DNA of 64,000 nucleotides from Candidatus Thorarchaeota archaeon (GCA_048884965.1 JBHLQH010000001.1:64001-128000), one strand, 5' to 3'; positions 49,425 through 61,500 are shown, numbered from the stretch's first letter. A program made the numbers and translations. Notes: generated by a model not told the origin, from the letters alone.

Positions 49425-49924
49425 GGTTTCGACTGTATTCTCTTGATTGCATCTTTGCTCTCATTGGTGAAGTCAAGTTCGTCATCAGGTGGATGAAGTA
49501 ACGCCTTTTCGAGCATATCAAGGGCTTCTTCATCCCTACACAATCTCTCTAGAGCACGTCCTAGCTGATAAAGGAGTGCATGATTCGTTGGGTCAAGTGA
49601 AAGGCCATGCTGAAATGCGTCTGTAGCAAGAAGGTATCTACCTTGATTCATGACAATCAGACCCAGATTGTAGTATGCCTCTTTATTCTTGGAATCCAGT
49701 GTCAAAGAAGCTAGAAGCAGGGTCTCTCCCTCAGGCTCGAATCCTTGCGCAGCTCTTGTTATTCCCAAATACATCAGAGCTTCAGGACCACTGGGATTTT
49801 GGTCTAACAATTTGGTAGCCTTCTGTTCTGCTAGTCTCCATTCCTTGTTTCTTATTGCTCCTTGAATATCCTCAATTAGGGCCATCGTTGCTTGGCTGTC
49901 AGGTGTTGGTTCAGCTGGATTCAT
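49421..49924 (-). CDS. TPR protein
   Basis: TPR units ALMYLG, AYYNLG and LLYQLG. Confidence 0.85.
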   Translation of the reverse strand: MNPAEPTPDSQATMALIEDIQGAIRNKEWRLAEQKATKLLDQNPSGPEALMYLGITRAAQGFEPEGETLLLASLTLDSKNKEAYYNLGLIVMNQGRYLLATDAFQHGLSLDPTNHALLYQLGRALERLCRDEEALDMLEKALLHPPDDELDFTNESKDAIKRIQSKP

Positions 49925-49990
49925 TATTCATACCCTTCAATGGAGCTTGAAACGAATGTACATAATTCCTTTGTATTGACGATTCTGTGT

Positions 49991-52249
49991 CTATTTTCCA
50001 TCTAAAAAGGCAGGGAATATGAGGATGAAACACGAGCCTTCCTTGTAGTCACCAAGAATTCTATCTTCAACTGTGATGCTACCGCCAAAGAAATCAGTGA
50101 GTGCTTTCACAAGCGATAATCCCAGACCGCTTCCTTGAGCTCCCTTCATATAGCGTGTGAAAAGAGACTCTCTGACATTAGGATGAATTCCTGGACCATG
50201 ATCGGATATTCTCACTTGCCAGAAGATCACATCCTCCTCTTGTTTCTGTGATATCTCTATCTCAACGATTTCTCCTTTCGAATACTCGACTGCATTTAGC
50301 AGCAAGTTCTGGAAGATGTCTGGAAGCAAATCATTTGCAAGTATTTCGCACTTATCATAGGGCTGTTCTAATTTCATACTCATAGTTTGATTTGGAAATA
50401 TTCTTGTTATCATATCAAATGTAGAAGTAATGGTTTGAATAAGGTCATACGGTTTGAAATCACTCTTTGCTAGAACTTCCAGATTTCCCAGTTTACGGAC
50501 ATTTCTAACAAGTCTATCTGCTTCTAGTAAGGTTCGGTAAGCATCAGTTAGATTCTTTTCCTTTATGAAATCAGGTGTCGATTCCATTAATACCAATTCG
50601 ATTGTGTTCAGAATGATTTGGTGATGATTTGATATGTCATGTGCTAGTACATCTGCATATACTTTGGCTCTTGTTTCAGATTGCTGGGCTCTAAGTGACG
50701 ACTCTAGATACATGTAACCCAGTATACCGGGTGCGATAAACAAGCCCAACAGGATTACAGCTTCGCTCAACCACCAACCTATTGTCCAAGTCGCAAAATT
50801 ACCTTTAAGCAAACCAGGGATGAACCATATTGAGAGAAATGCCACTGATATGGAATCTAGAAGCAGCGATCCATGATTGACTTGGAATAGGATGAAAGAA
50901 AGAAGTACTAGCAGCATAATAGCTGTCAAGCAAAATACCAGCATTAATGCCCTTCCCAATGCTGTTGGATCCCATGTGGAACTTGATAGAATGTTGGAAC
51001 GAATTCCTACACCAATTGTCATCAGCGATCCTCCTACCAGTAAACCTAGTATGACCCATCTTCGTGGCTCATCAACTATTCTTGGAATTCTGGTTTCTTT
51101 CATCCAAACTACAGATAGAGCGATTGCTGGTATTGAGAGTAATGAAGCTGTGAGTTCGAAGACTAAGGATTCAATCTGTGATTGTGCTGATATGATTGTA
51201 TAGAATGCTTGAGCCACTCCCGTGATTGTCCATAATGAATACACGAAAATAATTGGGTATAGATATCTCTTCCCGCTCACGATTGCGTATTTCATAGTAA
51301 ATAATGTGATAGTGATTGACATGAACGTGGAACCGATTTGTGCCAACAGAGCCACTCCCACTTCATAGTATATGATATGTGGCCATCCCAATTCAACAAT
51401 CATCGTTAAGAAGAGTAAGCTGATGATAAATCCTGCAACACTATTAGTGAAAATTTCTCCAGATTTCGATTCTTCACTTTCATATCTTCTCAATAACGGT
51501 ATTGAGAAAGCAATATAGATGGTGAAAAATGCTACAATTTGGAAACAAATGGTTAGGATCCAAATTGAGGAGTCTGTCGCCATCGCTAGCCACGAAAACA
51601 CCACAGACAATGCTAGTAAGAACATAGCACCTACTACTCGTAGGGCTTTTACATATTCGAATAATCTATGACCTTTCAGGAAAAAGAAGCAAGTTGCACT
51701 CAGAAAGGCTATAGATCCTATTGCAAGAAGAGTTGCGATTAGTAGCAGAAGTTGCGAATCAAGCATTGGAAACACTTGCAATCTCGCTATTCCATGAATC
51801 GCCAATGCAGCCAGGAATGATATGACAGTAACCATGTTAGTGGTTCCTGTATTAGAATCCTCTGTCTTTCTGTATTCTACAAAGGATCCGATACTGAGGA
51901 AAATACCTAGAATGAGCACTTGTAGTATGTCCGAAGCTAGCACAAAGGATGTCTTTTGTAGGATTGGTGATATCCCCTCAAAATGCTTCTCAATAGCGCC
52001 TCCCATTTCAGTGAGGGCATAGTACCCAATCGCAAAGATAAACCAGAGAAATGAATTCTTTGGCGTATTCCTATATTGAAAGAAAAGAGCTGATAGACAC
52101 AGTCCCGCCAATACTGATGCTAGTGACTCGAAACCAACCGCTATAATAGGTCGAGTCCACAAAGGCAAGCTGATAGCGAACAAACTGAATGCAACTATGA
52201 TGCTAGTCGACATAAGCAGCGAGAATCGCTTGATGGTATTCCTTTTCAT
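49991..52249 (-). CDS. Multi-pass membrane sensor histidine kinase
   Basis: About 14 TMs; H-box LAHDISNHHQ; N-box FQNLLLNAVEY; G1 DHGPGI; G2 GSGLGL. Confidence 0.92.
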   Translation of the reverse strand: MKRNTIKRFSLLMSTSIIVAFSLFAISLPLWTRPIIAVGFESLASVLAGLCLSALFFQYRNTPKNSFLWFIFAIGYYALTEMGGAIEKHFEGISPILQKTSFVLASDILQVLILGIFLSIGSFVEYRKTEDSNTGTTNMVTVISFLAALAIHGIARLQVFPMLDSQLLLLIATLLAIGSIAFLSATCFFFLKGHRLFEYVKALRVVGAMFLLALSVVFSWLAMATDSSIWILTICFQIVAFFTIYIAFSIPLLRRYESEESKSGEIFTNSVAGFIISLLFLTMIVELGWPHIIYYEVGVALLAQIGSTFMSITITLFTMKYAIVSGKRYLYPIIFVYSLWTITGVAQAFYTIISAQSQIESLVFELTASLLSIPAIALSVVWMKETRIPRIVDEPRRWVILGLLVGGSLMTIGVGIRSNILSSSTWDPTALGRALMLVFCLTAIMLLVLLSFILFQVNHGSLLLDSISVAFLSIWFIPGLLKGNFATWTIGWWLSEAVILLGLFIAPGILGYMYLESSLRAQQSETRAKVYADVLAHDISNHHQIILNTIELVLMESTPDFIKEKNLTDAYRTLLEADRLVRNVRKLGNLEVLAKSDFKPYDLIQTITSTFDMITRIFPNQTMSMKLEQPYDKCEILANDLLPDIFQNLLLNAVEYSKGEIVEIEISQKQEEDVIFWQVRISDHGPGIHPNVRESLFTRYMKGAQGSGLGLSLVKALTDFFGGSITVEDRILGDYKEGSCFILIFPAFLDGK

Positions 52250-52502
52250 AGCTGATTAATGTTCATTACAATCCTCTAAAAAAAGAGTATTAGGATATCA
52301 TATGATTAGGTTTGATATCGCATACTCGAATAGCTTTCATAATTTGAGAAAATGTGAATGATGTCCTGATTAATGAGTTGATTCAAATCGATTTTGTAGT
52401 TGTATCAGAAGGAGTTATTCTACACTATTGGTTTTCTACTAGTTACTCTAATAAGAATTCAATGTGACTCCATTATGGTTTCAGAAAATGGAGTGATATC
52501 CT

Positions 52503-54500
52503 GTGATGGCTGCTGACATTCCACCAGAATTTGCACATCTGCGGGATAGTGAATCGATTCCATGGGATAAGCTGGTTGTAGATGCAAACAAGCTCATAAA
52601 GAAAGGGATGCAGGAATTTGAAGCTTTTACTGACATAGTGATTGATGTTGCCAAGAAGGAACAGAAGAAGAAGAATCCCAACTTGGATATTATGACGATT
52701 GGAATCGAAGCATGTATTGCTCGTGGAAGATTTGATGAAGGTGTTGCTTTTACGAATGGCCTCCGTGCCTTTAGGATTCTCACTCTTAGGGCAATCGCAC
52801 TATTCACGATTTCTGATGCTAGTAAGATAAAAGATATTCAAGAGCAAGTCGAGTTATTGGCTGGTGACAATCCATCGCTACTTGATCAAGTCCGACTTCT
52901 CTCGGTTCGAATATTATATGGTGCGTCTGCACAGGACGAAAGTGTACTCGCTCATATAATCGAGTTTGACAATCTACTAGAAAAGCACACAGAGCTTATG
53001 CAAAATCCAATCCCTGAAACTCTGTTTACGATTTATGTAATAGGTGTCCTGTTTTCTCAGGTCGGGGAAAATGAACGCGCATTGAAGACTGCGTTTGCCT
53101 TGGAACGAATCGGACACGTGACAAATAGACAGACCGTGTTGATTCTCAGCGAGAACTTGAGAGGTCGAATCTGTAATCGTCTGGGGGAGTTTCAAGAAGC
53201 AGAAATCCACTATAGGCATGTTCTTCAAATTAGCAAGTCCTTGGGACATAGACTTGGCCTTGGAATCGCACTGAATAATCTTGGATCACTGATGTTGAAT
53301 TCACTTCGTCTAGAGGAGGCTTTTGAATACCTGCAGCAAGCAAATGAACTCTTGGAGTCTGATGCTCACAGGATAGTATTTCTAACCAACTTGGGCGAAA
53401 TCACAGCTCTACTTGGCGAGTTGGAAAGAAGCAAGGAGTATATGCAGCAGGCATTAGCATTGGATCAGAGAACAAGCATTGGCATAATCGAGCCTTATAC
53501 ATGGATGGTCATTCTACTGACACGAACTAGGGAATTTCAAAGTGCATCACACTACTTGGCATCAGCAAAGAAAATCGCGGACCGTTCAAAAACTCCGAAA
53601 GATAAAGCGGCGTACTATCATGCAAAAGGAGTGCTTGAAGGCTCCGAAGAAACTACGGTGAAAGCCATAAAATCACTAACCAATGCCCTAAAGATTGCAA
53701 AGGAGAATAGACTTCTTGAATGGCTAATTCGTCCATTGCTAGATATTGTACGAACATATCTCTCCGCATTCAAGAGTAAGGAAGAAGAAGAATATCTAGA
53801 TAAAGCAGCATATCATCTTGAGGACCTCATTCAGATAGCAAGAGAGCAAAAGCTCCACTCACTCAATGCTGAAGCACTTCTACTAAGAAGCGAAATTCGA
53901 GCTCATGCGGGTAGAATAGACGAAGCCAAAGAAGACTTGGACCGTGTTGCTGGATTAGCGTCATTCCTAGATAATTCTCGATTGGAATCAATAGTCGCAG
54001 AGCGAATCAAGGCGCTTTCAAAGCAGAGTGTAGCCACAGTTCCATTAGGATATTCAGAGATCGACAAAGCAATGGACCGTGTTGCTGGATTCCATCCTGC
54101 AAGGGACCATGAAGAGGTTCCTACTCCTCAGATCCATGTTTTAATAGCTATGAATAGAGCATCTGGTCTTCCCGAATACGTTCATCACTTTGATGATTCT
54201 CTAGAAATGGATAGCTCTATCCTCAGTGGGTTCATCACAGCAATCACGCAATTCGCAGGTGAGATGATGGGTAGTGGACTAATTCGTTCCATAAATCAAG
54301 AGGGCTTCACATTGATGATGGAACATACCTCAAATCGGATCGTTACACTCATTGTGAGCAAAGAAACCTTTGATGTAAGGTTCAAACTGAATGACTTCGC
54401 GAATCAGTTCGAGGAAACTTTTCCAGCAAGCAAGGATTCCATCGTTACTAGTGAGTATCAAGCAGCGGGTGAACTAGTCTCAGCCATTTTTGGCTCTTAA
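52503..54500 (+). CDS. TPR-repeat protein with a C-terminal longin-like domain
   Basis: TPR units (ALNNLG, LTNLG) and C-terminal SGLPEYVHHF..MDSSILSGFITAITQFAGEM..IRSINQEGFTLMM..LNDFANQFEETF. Confidence 0.82.
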   Translation: MMAADIPPEFAHLRDSESIPWDKLVVDANKLIKKGMQEFEAFTDIVIDVAKKEQKKKNPNLDIMTIGIEACIARGRFDEGVAFTNGLRAFRILTLRAIALFTISDASKIKDIQEQVELLAGDNPSLLDQVRLLSVRILYGASAQDESVLAHIIEFDNLLEKHTELMQNPIPETLFTIYVIGVLFSQVGENERALKTAFALERIGHVTNRQTVLILSENLRGRICNRLGEFQEAEIHYRHVLQISKSLGHRLGLGIALNNLGSLMLNSLRLEEAFEYLQQANELLESDAHRIVFLTNLGEITALLGELERSKEYMQQALALDQRTSIGIIEPYTWMVILLTRTREFQSASHYLASAKKIADRSKTPKDKAAYYHAKGVLEGSEETTVKAIKSLTNALKIAKENRLLEWLIRPLLDIVRTYLSAFKSKEEEEYLDKAAYHLEDLIQIAREQKLHSLNAEALLLRSEIRAHAGRIDEAKEDLDRVAGLASFLDNSRLESIVAERIKALSKQSVATVPLGYSEIDKAMDRVAGFHPARDHEEVPTPQIHVLIAMNRASGLPEYVHHFDDSLEMDSSILSGFITAITQFAGEMMGSGLIRSINQEGFTLMMEHTSNRIVTLIVSKETFDVRFKLNDFANQFEETFPASKDSIVTSEYQAAGELVSAIFGS

Positions 54501-54512
54501 GGTCCAATCGAA

Positions 54513-55904
54513 TTATAGTCTACCATGGGACTTTCTTTTCAGGAATTTTCCATGTCCTACCTCGCCAACGAATTTACCTTCCTTAGCAACAACTTTTCCT
54601 CTTGAGATAGTCACATATGGATAGCCTTTCAACTTCCATCCTTCAAAAGGACTCCAGTCACAATTTGTCTGAAGGTCTGATGCATGAATCGTTACATCCC
54701 TGTTCGGTTCAAATACCAAGATGTCCGCATCGCTGCCGATCTCGATTGCACCTTTCTCTGGATACATTCCAAAGAGCTTCGCGGGATTCGTACTTACTAA
54801 GGCCACAAATTGATTCAGTGAGAGACCTCGTTTTCCAACTCCCTCGGTATACATGAGTGGTACCATGGTTTCCACTCCTGGCATCCCAAACGGTATCTTC
54901 CGGAAATCTCCGCCCCAAGCAGCTTTTTGCTTTGTGGTGAATGTACACGTATCAGTTGCTATGATCTCTACATCTCCTTCCACAAGGCCCTTCCATAGCC
55001 TTTCGCTGTCATGTGGTTTTTTGATTTGTGGGCAGGTTGCGAAAAGATGTCCGTTCTCGCCTTTGAACACTTCATCGTCTAGCAGTAGGTATTGTGGACA
55101 GGTTTCTGCATGCACATTCACTCCTCGTTCCTTCCCTGCACGGACCGCATCTGCGCCTTCTCCCGTTGACATATGAACAATGTAGAGTTTCCCGCCAGTT
55201 GCTTCAGCCCATTTGATGGCTCTGATGATTGCTTCCTCTTCAGTATAGCATGGACGTGATAGAGTGTGACCGTATGCTCCCCACTTCTCCTTATCCTTTG
55301 CATATCTCTCAATGAGCATATCAAGGATATCGACGCTCTCAGCATGAACTCCTATATGTCCTCCGTGCTTTAGCGTTTCCTCAAGTGCTTGGAAAAGCAT
55401 GCCATCATCTGCCATCCAACCTTCGTTCTTATAGATCATAAACATCTTGAAGGTCGGGATGCCATAATCGATGATCTCTTTGATCTCAGATTGAGTCTTG
55501 TCATTCCAATCAGTGATTGCTGCATGTAGTCCATAATCTATGCATACTTTTGAGTCAGCTTCAGCTCTTCTGGCCTCTACTGCATCCATAATGCCCTTCC
55601 CTTTTTGTTGAATCGCAAAATCCAAGATTGTCGTAACGCCTCCGCATGCTGCAGCCTTCGTTCCGTTCTCGAAATCATCTGCAGACACAGTACCTGAGAA
55701 AGGAAGCTGGAAATGCACGTGTACATCAATTCCGCCTGGGAATACGTACATCCCATCAGCATCAACGATTTCTGTCCGTGAGCTTCCTTCCAAACTAGCT
55801 GCAATCGCAGCAATTTTCCCATCCTTTACGCCAATATCAACATTCGATGAATCAATGGCTGTAACGACATTTCCGTTTTTCACAATTAGATCAAAATCTG
55901 TCAC
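54513..55904 (-). CDS. hydA: Dihydropyrimidinase / D-hydantoinase
   Basis: Motifs PGGIDVHVH, AAACGGVTT, FKMFM, VHAES, YIVHMS, ETCPQYL, ATDTC, IPFGMPGVET and GSDAD. Confidence 0.95.
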   Translation of the reverse strand: MTDFDLIVKNGNVVTAIDSSNVDIGVKDGKIAAIAASLEGSSRTEIVDADGMYVFPGGIDVHVHFQLPFSGTVSADDFENGTKAAACGGVTTILDFAIQQKGKGIMDAVEARRAEADSKVCIDYGLHAAITDWNDKTQSEIKEIIDYGIPTFKMFMIYKNEGWMADDGMLFQALEETLKHGGHIGVHAESVDILDMLIERYAKDKEKWGAYGHTLSRPCYTEEEAIIRAIKWAEATGGKLYIVHMSTGEGADAVRAGKERGVNVHAETCPQYLLLDDEVFKGENGHLFATCPQIKKPHDSERLWKGLVEGDVEIIATDTCTFTTKQKAAWGGDFRKIPFGMPGVETMVPLMYTEGVGKRGLSLNQFVALVSTNPAKLFGMYPEKGAIEIGSDADILVFEPNRDVTIHASDLQTNCDWSPFEGWKLKGYPYVTISRGKVVAKEGKFVGEVGHGKFLKRKSHGRL

Positions 55905-56062
55905 AGCTTTCTACCTCCGATCAGACAAGACAACTCCTAAACGTTGGTATCGGGCAAATAAATCGCTTTGGGCTCATGGTTTTCCTAGGGAAATTGGAAT
56001 TCGTAAGATGTATTAGATGAGAAAGCAACATTGAGCAATACGACTTCCATGGAGTAGAAAGG

Positions 56063-56929
56063 ATGCGAAATGTAAGAATAGGTCTCGTTCAAGCGAAATG
56101 GGAAGGAGATGTTGATAGTGAGACCGTCATTGAACAGAATATTGAGCGTATGATACGGAAACACGAGGGGTTCGCTATGATGGCAGAACAGCAGCATGTG
56201 CAGATTCTATGTTTCCAAGAGTTATTCTATGGACCCTACTTCTGTGCAGAGCAGGATCGACGCTGGTACAAGTATGCAGAGCCCATTCCCGGACCATTGA
56301 CTGAGCGTATGAGTAGACTTGCGAAGAAGCACAAGCTCGTTCTCATAGCACCCATGTATGAGGAGGAATCCGTTGGTGTCTACTATAACACAGCAGTCAT
56401 CTTCAACCCTGAAGGGGAGATGCTGGGTAAATTCAGGAAGATGCACATTCCTCATCTTGATCCTGGATTTTGGGAGAAGTTCTACTTCCGACCTGGCAAT
56501 CTTGGATATCCAGTCTTTGACACTCCCTTCGGTAAAGTGGGAATCTACATCTGTTACGATAGACACTTTCCTGAAGGCGCTCGGGCATTAGGCATCAACG
56601 GAGCTGAGATCGTCTTCAATCCTTCTGCCACGGTTGCAGGCCTTTCAGAGCATCTCTGGAAGATTGAACAACCTGCGCATGCCGTTGCAAATGGCTACTT
56701 CATAGCCGCAATCAATCGGGTAGGCGAAGAGCCATGGAGTACAGGCATGTTCTATGGAAGTTCATATGTTGCTGATCCTAGGGGGCAGATCGTAAAACAG
56801 GGGTCTCGTGATAATGAGGAGCTTGTTGTTGTCGATATAGACCTTGATCTAATTAGAGAAGTACGGAATACTTGGCAGTTCTTTCGTGATCGTCGACCTG
56901 ACTCTTATGCAGACCTAACGAAGAGTTGA
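56063..56929 (+). CDS. Beta-ureidopropionase / N-carbamoyl-beta-alanine amidohydrolase (nitrilase family)
   Basis: Catalytic E-K-C triad in FQELF, FRKMHIP and ICYDRHFPE; also WEKFYF and FFRDRRP. Pyrimidine catabolism context. Confidence 0.88.
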   Translation: MRNVRIGLVQAKWEGDVDSETVIEQNIERMIRKHEGFAMMAEQQHVQILCFQELFYGPYFCAEQDRRWYKYAEPIPGPLTERMSRLAKKHKLVLIAPMYEEESVGVYYNTAVIFNPEGEMLGKFRKMHIPHLDPGFWEKFYFRPGNLGYPVFDTPFGKVGIYICYDRHFPEGARALGINGAEIVFNPSATVAGLSEHLWKIEQPAHAVANGYFIAAINRVGEEPWSTGMFYGSSYVADPRGQIVKQGSRDNEELVVVDIDLDLIREVRNTWQFFRDRRPDSYADLTKS

Positions 56930-56937
56930 GAGAGCCT

Positions 56938-58278
56938 CTAGAGGCTCTTCTCGACTTCCGTGAACGATTCATCCAATATATTGCAAGCTCTATCGATCTG
57001 TTCCATTGTTAGCTCTAGTGGTGGTTGAATTCGGATGACATTGTTATCGAGACCTCCTTTTCCGATGAGCAGGCCCCTTTCTTTGGTCAGCTCCATGATT
57101 CGGAGTATTTCTTGAAACGCTGGTTCCTTTGTCGTTCTATCTTTAACAAGTTCAATACCTATCATCATCCCTTGACCACGAACATCTCCCATAATCCTGT
57201 GCTTCTCTTGAAGTTCTTTCAAGTTCCTCTTTAGATATGCTCCATGCTTCTCGGCTCTTTCAAGGTAGTTGTTCTCCTCGATGATTTCGAGCACAGCAAC
57301 AGCTCCCGCGCATGAGAGTGGATTCCCACCAAATGTCGCAAAACCATCTATCATCATGTAATCCTTGGCAATCTCCGGTCTGGTCAAGAAGCCTCCTATT
57401 GGTAGTCCACTTCCAAATCCTTTTGCCATGGTTATGATATCTGGTTCCACTCCAGTGTGCTGAATGCCCCACCATTTTCCTCCCGTTCTTCCAAAACCTG
57501 TCTGGACCTCATCGGATATGTAAAGGCCTCCATACTCTTTGACAATCTCGTGAACTATTTGGAAGTACTCTTTAGGCGGTTGGATGATTCCTCCAACGCC
57601 TTGGATTGGTTCTGCAATGAATGCCGCTATTGCATTGTTCGTTTGGGTTCTGATGACTTCCTTGAGATATCGCGCGCATTCGAAATCACATTCTGGGTAC
57701 TCTTTTCCGAATTGGCAGCGATAGCAATGTCCATAGGATGTAAAACGGACACCTGATGGATGTGGCTCTGCTACGGATCTCCACCCCGAGGTAGAGATCT
57801 CTCTTGTTAGCGTTGTGCGGCCATGATATGCCCGAGAGCACGCGACTATGTACGGGCTGTTGGTATATTTCCTAGCCATAAACAAAGCAGCTTCATTTGC
57901 TTCTGATCCACTATTGACGATATATGCCTGAGAAAGTCCTCTCGGAGCAACTTGTGCCAGTTTCTTTGCTAGGACAGGATAGGGAGTCGTAGAATATAGA
58001 GTACTAGTATAGATTAGTCTCTCAGCTTGCCATTTCAAGGTAGCTACAAGCTTTGGATGTGCATATCCAGAAATTGTTGTGCAAATCCCTGCAAAGAGGT
58101 CGATGTATTCCTTCTCATTGCTATCTTTCAGAATTGCTCCATCTCCAGAGACAAAGAGAATCGGGTCTTTGTAGTAATGTCCGACCGTGGGAACAATATG
58201 TTTCTTTTCAGTTTCCAGTATCTCTTCTCTACTATATGCTTTCTTCAGGCTCTTGGGAACAAGTTCGTCATTCATCAT
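56938..58278 (-). CDS. Class III aminotransferase, probably beta-alanine aminotransferase (PydD/AGXT2-like)
   Basis: Motifs NSGSEANE, YHGRT, AEPIQGVGG, DEVQTGFGRTG, TMAKG and TFGGNP; pathway context. Confidence 0.85.
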   Translation of the reverse strand: MMNDELVPKSLKKAYSREEILETEKKHIVPTVGHYYKDPILFVSGDGAILKDSNEKEYIDLFAGICTTISGYAHPKLVATLKWQAERLIYTSTLYSTTPYPVLAKKLAQVAPRGLSQAYIVNSGSEANEAALFMARKYTNSPYIVACSRAYHGRTTLTREISTSGWRSVAEPHPSGVRFTSYGHCYRCQFGKEYPECDFECARYLKEVIRTQTNNAIAAFIAEPIQGVGGIIQPPKEYFQIVHEIVKEYGGLYISDEVQTGFGRTGGKWWGIQHTGVEPDIITMAKGFGSGLPIGGFLTRPEIAKDYMMIDGFATFGGNPLSCAGAVAVLEIIEENNYLERAEKHGAYLKRNLKELQEKHRIMGDVRGQGMMIGIELVKDRTTKEPAFQEILRIMELTKERGLLIGKGGLDNNVIRIQPPLELTMEQIDRACNILDESFTEVEKSL

Positions 58279-58512
58279 TCGTCACCAATTCGTATCATCG
58301 GGAAAGAATCCTATAGTCACACCTACTAATGACTTTATCAGTCTGAATAACACAATGTTGTTTTTCATTAGCTCGATTAATGACATAGTTACAAATCAAA
58401 ATTAATTGAAATTAATATGTTCCATTGAGAAACTAATAAAAAGGAACATTACTTCGACTGGTTACATTCGAAAACCACCAAAACTCTTGGATTTTCATTC
58501 ATTTAACTCTGA

Positions 58513-61500
58513 ATGGGGACTTCATCAATGCTACGAAAACTACTAACCGTCTTACTTCTGTTCACGCTTGTCCTTTCGATGTTCAATAACTTGTCTTATC
58601 CAATTGGTGATGTAGATTCACCTATGAGTACAGACAAAACCGCAATCAATGCTCTCGAAAGGGGAACCTATGATACGGCGAATGCGTATCCAGAACCTAT
58701 GGACATTTCAGGAAACACATATTCTGATCACGCTCCCATTACGATTACTAGTAACAGTGAGTTTCTATCTCAGAAAACGACTGAATCTTGGAATGGGACT
58801 GGAGTTGAAGGTGATCCAATCGAGATCACTGGATATAATTTCACATCAACATCGGGAAATCTGATTTCTATCAGCAATACTGATTTGCATTTCACAATAT
58901 TAGGGAATTTCTTTAGAGTCCCCACAGAGAACCATAATGGAATCTACCTAAGCAATGTGACGAATGGAAATATTACAGATAATTACTTTGACAAGGCTGA
59001 CTTTGGTATCTATTTGGATGATGCAAACTTCACCACTATTACTGGAAATCACTTCACCTCTTTCGCAGGAGCATATGTCACTTCAGGTAGAAACAATAGT
59101 ATCTCTCGTAATTACTTCAATACAACCGACACGTCTGTAATGCTCTATAGTTCGTCCACATACAACAACACCATTTACAACAATACTCTCCTTGGATCCA
59201 CCTATGGTATTTACTTGTATGGCGCTTTGGAGAATGTAGTTACTCTGAATAACATCACTCAAACTTCGCTTTGCGGCATTTATCTTGTACAAACTACAGC
59301 TGCTTACAATGTTATCTCAGATAATATCATTCATGATTTAGTAGGCTCTGGAATAACTGGTATCTTTGTTTCTTCATATGCTCACAACAACACGATCAAT
59401 TTGAACAATATCTCAAATGTAACTCTAAGTGTACGTTTATCGTATTCGGATAACAATACGATATCTAAGAATCAGATCACAAATACGACTCAAGCAATAT
59501 CCGTTGAGTCTTCTCAATGGAATGAAGTTTATCTGAATAATATCTCTGACGTATCTGATGGATTTGATGGAGCATTCTCGCTTTATGTTTACAAGGGTGG
59601 AAACAATACGCTTCATCACAACAATATTAGCGACACAGACAATGCTGTTTTCATCTACCAGTCTGGACAGAATGACTTTCATCAAAACAACATCTATGAA
59701 GTTCGAGCCTTTGGATTTAATATGATGACCGGAGTGCTCAACACGATTTCCGATAATGAGATATCAAATGGAACCACTGCTTTTTACCTACAATCATCAT
59801 CAACGAGCAACATGTTCAGTCGAAACATTCTCCAATTCCAAAACCAAGGCATTCAGCTTCAAACTACTTCACATTACAACTCATTCTATGAGAATACAAT
59901 TTTGAATGCAACGAACTATGGGATTACTTCCACTACCTCTTCCTATCTCACTATCTATAATAATACAATTACCAACAGTGGGCTCAGAGGCGTAAATATC
60001 GGACCTTCTTCCTATCATGTGATTGCATTCAATGAATTAACAAATAATGGACAATATGGAATCTATCTCGATACCGGGCTTGGTAGTCAGATCTATAATA
60101 ACACCGTTCGATACCACACTACAACAGGAGCCTATCTAATTAGCACAAACCAGCATAATGTTTCATACAATACATTTGCCAATAGCACGATAGGGCTGGC
60201 TCTGGTGCTATCCAGTCCCGGCTATACTATTGGCAACATCTTTGCCAACAATAGTGACACTGGTCTTCTCCTGTCTGCATCGAATGGGATTCCAGTCTCA
60301 GATAATCTGTTTTATCACAATGGTGTCTATGGCATTAGATTATCTAATTCATATGGAACTCCAATCGAAAACAATACAATTCACTCAGGTATACAACATG
60401 GGATTGCTATTGAAACAGGAAGCGATTTGACATTCATTAAAAACAATGATATCTTACACAACGGAATGTACGGAATTTGGGTTAGGTTTGGACCTAATAC
60501 TATCCGGTTGAATAATATCTCTGGCAATGGTGTTGGAGTCTATATTGATACTGCAACCTCTAACTCCATAGAAAGCAACTTCATCGATAGCAACACTGAT
60601 GGAGTACGGCTTGTAGACTCCGACGATAACACTATCCTACTCAACATGATTTACAATAACTCACAATACGGAATCTATAGTGAGAGCGGTTTCCCACAAG
60701 AAAGCACTGGAAATCACATCTATAACAATACGGTAATCTCCAATGGTGGGTATGGTGTATGGCTATATGCGACAGCTCGTACTACAGAAGTCAAATGGAA
60801 CGATTTTATCAACAATACAGTTAATGCTGCTGATTCAAATCCCTCCTCATATCTCAATGTCTGGGATGAGAACTTCTACGACGATTGGGATCATGTACTT
60901 AGCTACTATGTCATCGGAGTAACCACCAACGATTATAATCCCGCAGATTTGCCACTCAATCCATCAAGAGTCCATTTCATGCTAGCTCCATCTATTACCT
61001 CCCCTGTTACTGGCAGCGATTATACAGGTGATCTCACAATCTTATGGAACGCCGCATATGACTCAGATGAGCATGCAGTTTCATATGCACTCCTCTATAG
61101 CAATGACAGTGGGAGTACCTGGAATCCAATTGTGAGTGGATTGACCAACACAAGTTTCTATTGGAATGCAACTTCTTTGGCTGAAGGAACTGAGTATCAA
61201 GTAAGATTGATTGCGTCGGACACTACTAATACAACTTTGACTAGCGATACAGGTGCCTTTAGCATTGATACACAAGCTCCTAGATTAGGTGTTGTGCCAT
61301 CCAACTTCACAGTTGAGCTAAGTTGGGACCCAATACCAGTACTCAATTTCTCAGCATACGATTCAAATCCAGATTGGGCACATGTTCAGTGGTTGGGCTA
61401 TGAGGTGAGCGAACCTGTCTATTGGTCAAATGGTACTCTTGAATATCTCAATTTCCCGGAGGCGAGTGTTATCTATGGAGTTGGTGTCCATGTTCTCTAC

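Noticed and set aside
58417-58449. ATGTTCC-N19-GGAACAT inverted repeat upstream of the beta-helix gene
   Set aside because: 7-bp arms in an AT-rich spacer could arise by chance; no second equivalent site was found.
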